Source: Enterobacterales bacterium endosymbiont of Anomoneura mori
Lineage (GTDB): Bacteria; Pseudomonadota; Gammaproteobacteria; Enterobacterales; Enterobacteriaceae_A
DNA: 32,000 nucleotides
Direction of reading: 5' to 3'
Assembly (NCBI RefSeq): GCF_047159375.1
Contig: NZ_AP031381.1
Location: 30,001-62,000 of the forward strand
Shown here: in pieces, positions 27,421-32,000 of the stretch
Layout of the letters: each line of letters begins with the position of its first letter
How positions within the stretch are numbered: position 1 is the first letter of the stretch
The notes under the pieces: model-generated
Told to the model about the DNA's origin: nothing
The model's input: the letters and a program-made list of their open reading frames with translations, nothing else
Database searches by the model: none
Translations under genes and position numbers: made by a program

Positions 27421-28722
27421 TTATTTTAATTTTTTAATTTCTTTTAAACCTTTAAAATGTGCTTTATTTTTTAAATTTTCTTCAATTCTTATTAATCTAT
27501 TATATTTTGCTATTCGGTCTGTTCTACTTATAGAACCTGTTTTTATTTGACCTGCTGAAGTACCTACCGCTAAATCACAAATAGTTGTATCTTCAGTTTC
27601 TCCAGAACGATGTGATATTATAGTATTATAACCATATTTTTTAGCTATTTTAATAGTTTTTAAAGTTTCAGTAAGAGTACCTATTTGATTATATTTAATT
27701 AAAATAGCATTAGCCATATTATTTAATATACCTTTTTTTAATAAAATTGGATTAGTTACAAATAAATCGTCACCTACTAATTGTATTTTTTTACCCATAA
27801 TTTTTGTTTGATATATAAAACCTTCCCAATCTGATTCATCTAAACCATCTTCTATAGATAAAATTGGAAATTTTTTTGTTAATTTTTTTAAAAAATCACT
27901 AAATTTTTTAGATGTATAAAAAATTTTTTTATTATTTTCATTAATTATATATTTTTTATTTTTATATAATTCTGAAGCTGCACAATCAATTGCAAAGGTA
28001 ATATCTTTACCTAATTTATAACCAGATTTTTCAACAGCTTCAATAATTAAATTAAATGCTTCTTCATTAGATTTTAAATTTGGTGCATATCCACCTTCAT
28101 CACCTACTGATGTAGACATTTTTTTATATTTTAAAATTTTTCCTAAATTATGAAAAACTTCTGCTCCTATTATTAAAGATTCTTTAAAAGTTTTTGCACT
28201 TATTGGTTGTATCATAAATTCTTGTATATCAATATTATTATTTGCATGTTTTCCTCCATTTATAATATTTATCATTGGTAAAGGCATAGAAAAAATTTTA
28301 GGTGTTTTATTTAATTCTGAAATATATTCATATAAAGGAATACCTTTATAAGAAGCTGCTGCTTTTGCATTTGCTAAAGAAACACTTAAAATTGAATTAG
28401 CTCCTAAATTTGATTTATTTTTTGTACCATCCAATTTAATCATTAAATTATCTATATTTTTTTGATTTAAAGAATTTTTTCCTATAATAAATTTTGAAAT
28501 TTTTTTATTAATTATATAAACTGATTTCAATACACCTTTTCCAAAAAATCTTGATTTATCATTATCTCTTAATTCTAAAGATTCATAAGTTCCTGTAGAA
28601 GCTCCAGATGGTACTGATGCTATACCTATAAATCCACTTTCTAAATGAACTTCAGTTTCTATTGTTGGAAAACCTCTAGAATCTAAAATTTCGCGTGATA
28701 TTACTTTTTTTATTTTAGACAT
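27421..28722 (-). CDS. eno: Enolase
   Basis: 433 aa. [59 protein letters not shown] and SHRSGETED are near-full-length colinear with E. coli Eno. An AAGGA Shine-Dalgarno sequence lies upstream. Confidence 0.98.
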   Translation of the reverse strand: MSKIKKVISREILDSRGFPTIETEVHLESGFIGIASVPSGASTGTYESLELRDNDKSRFFGKGVLKSVYIINKKISKFIIGKNSLNQKNIDNLMIKLDGTKNKSNLGANSILSVSLANAKAAASYKGIPLYEYISELNKTPKIFSMPLPMINIINGGKHANNNIDIQEFMIQPISAKTFKESLIIGAEVFHNLGKILKYKKMSTSVGDEGGYAPNLKSNEEAFNLIIEAVEKSGYKLGKDITFAIDCAASELYKNKKYIINENNKKIFYTSKKFSDFLKKLTKKFPILSIEDGLDESDWEGFIYQTKIMGKKIQLVGDDLFVTNPILLKKGILNNMANAILIKYNQIGTLTETLKTIKIAKKYGYNTIISHRSGETEDTTICDLAVGTSAGQIKTGSISRTDRIAKYNRLIRIEENLKNKAHFKGLKEIKKLK

Positions 28723-29007
28723 TTTATCCTTTATATTAATTTATATTATATTAAATAATTAATATTTAATTTAAATTAATTATTTATTAATATTTTTTTA
28801 AAATATTAATTAGTTTATAATTTAAATAAAATCTAATTATATTATTATAATTAATAAATATAATATTTTTTAAAAATTTTTAAATATTATAAAAAAAATA
28901 TCTTTTATAAATATTAAAATTAATTTTAAAATTATAAATTTTAATATTTAAAATTTATAATAATTTTATTTTATTTAATAAATTATTTTTAAAAAATAAA
29001 GGATTAA

Positions 29008-29385
29008 ATGGTAACAATTAATCAATTAATTAGAAAACCTAGACATAATAAAATTTTTAAAAGTAATGTACCAGCTTTAAAAAAAAGTCCACAAAAACGT
29101 GGAGTTTGTATTAAAGTATATACTACTACGCCTAAAAAACCAAATTCAGCATTAAGAAAAGTTTGCAGAGTTCGTTTAACTAATGGTTTTGAAGTTACAT
29201 CATATATTGGTGGTGAAGGGCATAATCTTCAAGAACATTCTGTAATATTAATTAGAGGTGGGCGTGTTAAAGATTTACCTGGTGTAAGATATCATACAAT
29301 TAGAGGAAAACTTGATTGTAATGGTGTTAAAGATAGAAAAAAATCTCGTTCTAAATATGGTGTTAAAAAAAATATAAATAAATAA
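29008..29385 (+). CDS. rpsL: 30S ribosomal protein S12
   Basis: 125 aa. [67 protein letters not shown] is essentially identical to E. coli S12, with Lys at the positions equivalent to K43 and K88. An AAGGA Shine-Dalgarno sequence lies upstream. Confidence 0.98.
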   Translation: MVTINQLIRKPRHNKIFKSNVPALKKSPQKRGVCIKVYTTTPKKPNSALRKVCRVRLTNGFEVTSYIGGEGHNLQEHSVILIRGGRVKDLPGVRYHTIRGKLDCNGVKDRKKSRSKYGVKKNINK

Positions 29386-29427
29386 ATTTTAAATTATATT
29401 TTTTATTATTTTAAAAAGGAATTTTTT

Positions 29428-29898
29428 ATGCCACGTCGTAAAAATATTAAAAAACATAAAATTTTACCAGATTTAAAATTTAATTCAAAATTAATATCAA
29501 AATTTATTAATATAATAATGGTAAATGGTAAAAAAACAATTGCAGAATTTATAGTATATAATGCATTAAAAAATTTAGTTAATTTTACTAAAGAATTTTC
29601 TTTAGATGTTTTAATAAAAGCTATTAATAATGTAGGTCCAAAAGTAGAAGTAAAATCACGTAAAATAGGTGGAACTACATATCAAGTACCAATTGAAGTA
29701 AATTCTATAAGGAAAAATACTTTAGCAATTAGATGGATTATTGAATCTGCTCAAAAACAAAAAAATAAATCAATGTCATTGAAATTATCAAAAGAAATTT
29801 TTGATGCATCAAATAATAAAGGTTTAGCAATAAAAAAACGTGAAAATATACATAAAATGGCAGAAGCTAATAAAGCATTTGCGCATTATAAATGGTAG
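29428..29898 (+). CDS. rpsG: 30S ribosomal protein S7
   Basis: 156 aa. MPRR, P.VEVKSR..GG.TYQVP.EV, and the C-terminal NKAFAHYKW are present. It ends with a TAG stop and is the second gene of the str operon. Confidence 0.97.
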   Translation: MPRRKNIKKHKILPDLKFNSKLISKFINIIMVNGKKTIAEFIVYNALKNLVNFTKEFSLDVLIKAINNVGPKVEVKSRKIGGTTYQVPIEVNSIRKNTLAIRWIIESAQKQKNKSMSLKLSKEIFDASNNKGLAIKKRENIHKMAEANKAFAHYKW

Positions 29899-29933
29899 AA
29901 TTTTTTATAAATTTTAAAATAAAGGAGTTAAAA

Positions 29934-32000
29934 ATGTTAAGAAAAACACCAATTGAAAATTATCGTAATATTGGTATTAGCGCACATATAGATGCAGGAA
30001 AAACAACAACTACTGAACGTATTTTATTTTATACTGGTATAAATCATAAAATAGGTGAAGTTCATGATGGTACAGCTACTATGGATTGGATGGAACAAGA
30101 ACAAGAAAGAGGAATAACTATAACAGCAGCTTCTACAACTACTTTTTGGTCAGGTATGTTAAAACAATTTAAACCTCATAGAATTAATATAATTGATACA
30201 CCTGGACATGTTGATTTTACTATTGAAGTAGAACGTTCTATGAGAATATTAGATGGTGTAATAATTGTATTTTGTTCTGTTGGAGGTGTTCAACCTCAAA
30301 CTGAAACTGTATGGAAACAAGCTAATAAATATAATGTTCCACGTATTGTTTTTATTAATAAAATGGATAGAATTGGAGCAAATTTTTTTAAAGTTATAAA
30401 ACAAATTAAAGATAATTTAAATGCTGAACCTGTATTATTACAATTACCTATTGGAAAAGAAGAAAAATTTATTGGAATAATTGATTTAATAAAAATGAAA
30501 GCAATTATATGGAATAAAAATGATTTAGGAAATACATTTATTTACAAAGATATTCCAAATGATATGAAAGAAATATCTGAAAATTGGAATAAAAAAATAA
30601 TAGAATCTGCAGCAGAAGTATCAGAAGAATTAATGCAAAAATATTTAGATGATAAAAAAATAAATGAAGATGAAATTAAACAAGCATTAAGAAAACGTGT
30701 AATAAATAATGAAATAACTTTAATTACTTGCGGATCAGCTTTTAAAAATAAAGGTGTTCAAGCATTATTAGATTCAATTATAGAATATTTACCATCTCCA
30801 AAAGATATTCCATATATTTATGGAATAGATAAAAATAAAAAAAAAATAAAACGTTTAACAAATGATAATGAATCATTTTCAGCTCTTGCATTTAAAATAA
30901 TTACTGATCCTTATGTAGGTAATCTAACATTTTTTAGAGTATATTCAGGTAAAATTAATTCTGGTAGTGTTATATTAAATTCTACAAAATCTTTACGTGA
31001 AAGATTTGGTCGAATTTTACAAATGCATGCTAATAAAAGAGAAGAAATTAAAGAAATTTTTACTGGTGATATTGTTGCTGCTATAGGTTTAAAAAGTGTA
31101 ACTACTGGTGATACTTTATGTGATATTGAAAATCCTATTATTTTAGAAAAAATGGAATTTCCTACACCTGTAATTTCTATAGCAGTTGAACCAAAAACAA
31201 AAGTTGATCAAGAAAAAATGGGAATTGCTTTAAATCGTTTAGCAAAAGAAGATCCTTCTTTTCGTGTAAATTTAGATTTAGAAACTAATCAAACTATAAT
31301 TTCTGGAATGGGAGAATTACATCTTGATATAATAATAGATAGAATGAAACGTGAATTTAAAGTAGAAGCAAATATAGGAAAACCTCAAGTTGCTTATAAA
31401 GAAACAATTATTAAAAAAAGTATTAATATTGAAGGTAAATATATTAAACAAACAGGTGGTAGAGGACAATATGGTCATGTAGTTATTGATATTTATCCAT
31501 TAAAATCAACTTTAAATTTAGAAAAATATGAATTTATAAATGATATTAAAGGAGGTGTTATTCCTAATGAATATATTCCAGCTATTAAAAAAGGAATTAA
31601 AGAACAATTAAAATCAGGACCATTATCAGGATATCCAGTTGTAAATGTAGGAGTTCGTTTACATTATGGATCATATCATGATGTTGATTCTTCTGAAATA
31701 GCTTTTAAAGTTGCTTCTTCTATAGCATTTAAAAAAGGTTTTAAAAAATCAAATCCAGTATTACTTGAACCAATTATGAAAGTAGAAATTGAAACACCAA
31801 AAAATAAAATAGGTGATATAATTGGTGATTTAATTAGACGTAGAGGAATTTTAAAAAGTCAAAAAAATAATTTAAACAATATTATTGTTTTATGTGAAGT
31901 ACCTTTATCTGAAATGTTTGGATATTCAACAAGTTTAAGATCTTTAACTAAAGGAAGAGCTTTTTATTATATGGAATTTTTAAAATATGATTTATTACCT
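29934..32000 (+). CDS. fusA: Elongation factor G, first 689 codons; continues beyond the window edge
   Basis: An ATG at 29934 follows AAGGAG. My translation begins [35 protein letters not shown]...[14 protein letters not shown]...DTPGHVDFT, and the frame stays open to base 32000 (2067 nt, which is 689 codons). It is absent from the ORF track because no stop lies in the window. It follows rpsL-rpsG as in the str operon. Confidence 0.97.
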   Translation, partial: MLRKTPIENYRNIGISAHIDAGKTTTTERILFYTGINHKIGEVHDGTATMDWMEQEQERGITITAASTTTFWSGMLKQFKPHRINIIDTPGHVDFTIEVERSMRILDGVIIVFCSVGGVQPQTETVWKQANKYNVPRIVFINKMDRIGANFFKVIKQIKDNLNAEPVLLQLPIGKEEKFIGIIDLIKMKAIIWNKNDLGNTFIYKDIPNDMKEISENWNKKIIESAAEVSEELMQKYLDDKKINEDEIKQALRKRVINNEITLITCGSAFKNKGVQALLDSIIEYLPSPKDIPYIYGIDKNKKKIKRLTNDNESFSALAFKIITDPYVGNLTFFRVYSGKINSGSVILNSTKSLRERFGRILQMHANKREEIKEIFTGDIVAAIGLKSVTTGDTLCDIENPIILEKMEFPTPVISIAVEPKTKVDQEKMGIALNRLAKEDPSFRVNLDLETNQTIISGMGELHLDIIIDRMKREFKVEANIGKPQVAYKETIIKKSINIEGKYIKQTGGRGQYGHVVIDIYPLKSTLNLEKYEFINDIKGGVIPNEYIPAIKKGIKEQLKSGPLSGYPVVNVGVRLHYGSYHDVDSSEIAFKVASSIAFKKGFKKSNPVLLEPIMKVEIETPKNKIGDIIGDLIRRRGILKSQKNNLNNIIVLCEVPLSEMFGYSTSLRSLTKGRAFYYMEFLKYDLLP

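Noticed and set aside
28723-29007. The largest spacer in the window (285 bp, between divergent eno and rpsL), inspected for a gene remnant, small RNA or promoter pair.
   Set aside because: It holds almost no G/C, no cloverleaf or conserved RNA core, no ORF and no TTGACA-like -35 element. Many TATAAT-like hexamers are present, but they cannot be distinguished from background composition.

Overview
This window is a gene-dense, entirely housekeeping stretch. I count 30 protein genes and 5 tRNAs, with no rRNA. It comes from an extremely A+T-rich, strongly reduced gammaproteobacterial genome whose proteins are colinear with E. coli orthologues, so it looks like a Buchnera/Blochmannia-style obligate insect endosymbiont. 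I cannot name the taxon from sequence alone. I did not compute composition. By eye, several spacers contain no G or C at all, and proteins are heavily Lys/Asn/Ile-biased outside catalytic cores.

Gene order:
- manY (partial) and manX
- sppA
- metG, convergent with tyrS
- cyoDCBA (minus strand)
- tRNA-Arg(UCU)
- htpX, rplY, trpS
- trpABCD (minus strand)
- tRNA-Asn, then rpsU-dnaG-rpoD
- yggX
- rplA and rplK
- secE
- tRNA-Gly, tRNA-Tyr and tRNA-Thr
- gyrA, rsmD, tadA
- eno
- rpsL-rpsG-fusA (partial)

Every ORF of about 70 aa or more is assignable to a well-known family. I see no mobile elements, CRISPR, prophage, toxin-antitoxin or defence-like genes, and no orphan gene cluster. I therefore do not find an undescribed multi-gene system here.

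What deserves a second look is a set of reductive-evolution signatures:
- Missing operon members: nusG, tufB/thrT, cyoE and trpEG.
- A GyrA with Lys at the Ser83-equivalent QRDR position, no GyrA box and a degenerate C-terminal domain.
- A 19-codon Asn microsatellite in cyoD.
- In-frame homopolymers of 19-20 nt in rpsU and rpoD.
- Loss of the CyoA lipobox cysteine.
- tRNA genes without encoded CCA.
- Sharply bimodal Shine-Dalgarno usage.
- One isolated consensus sigma70 promoter.
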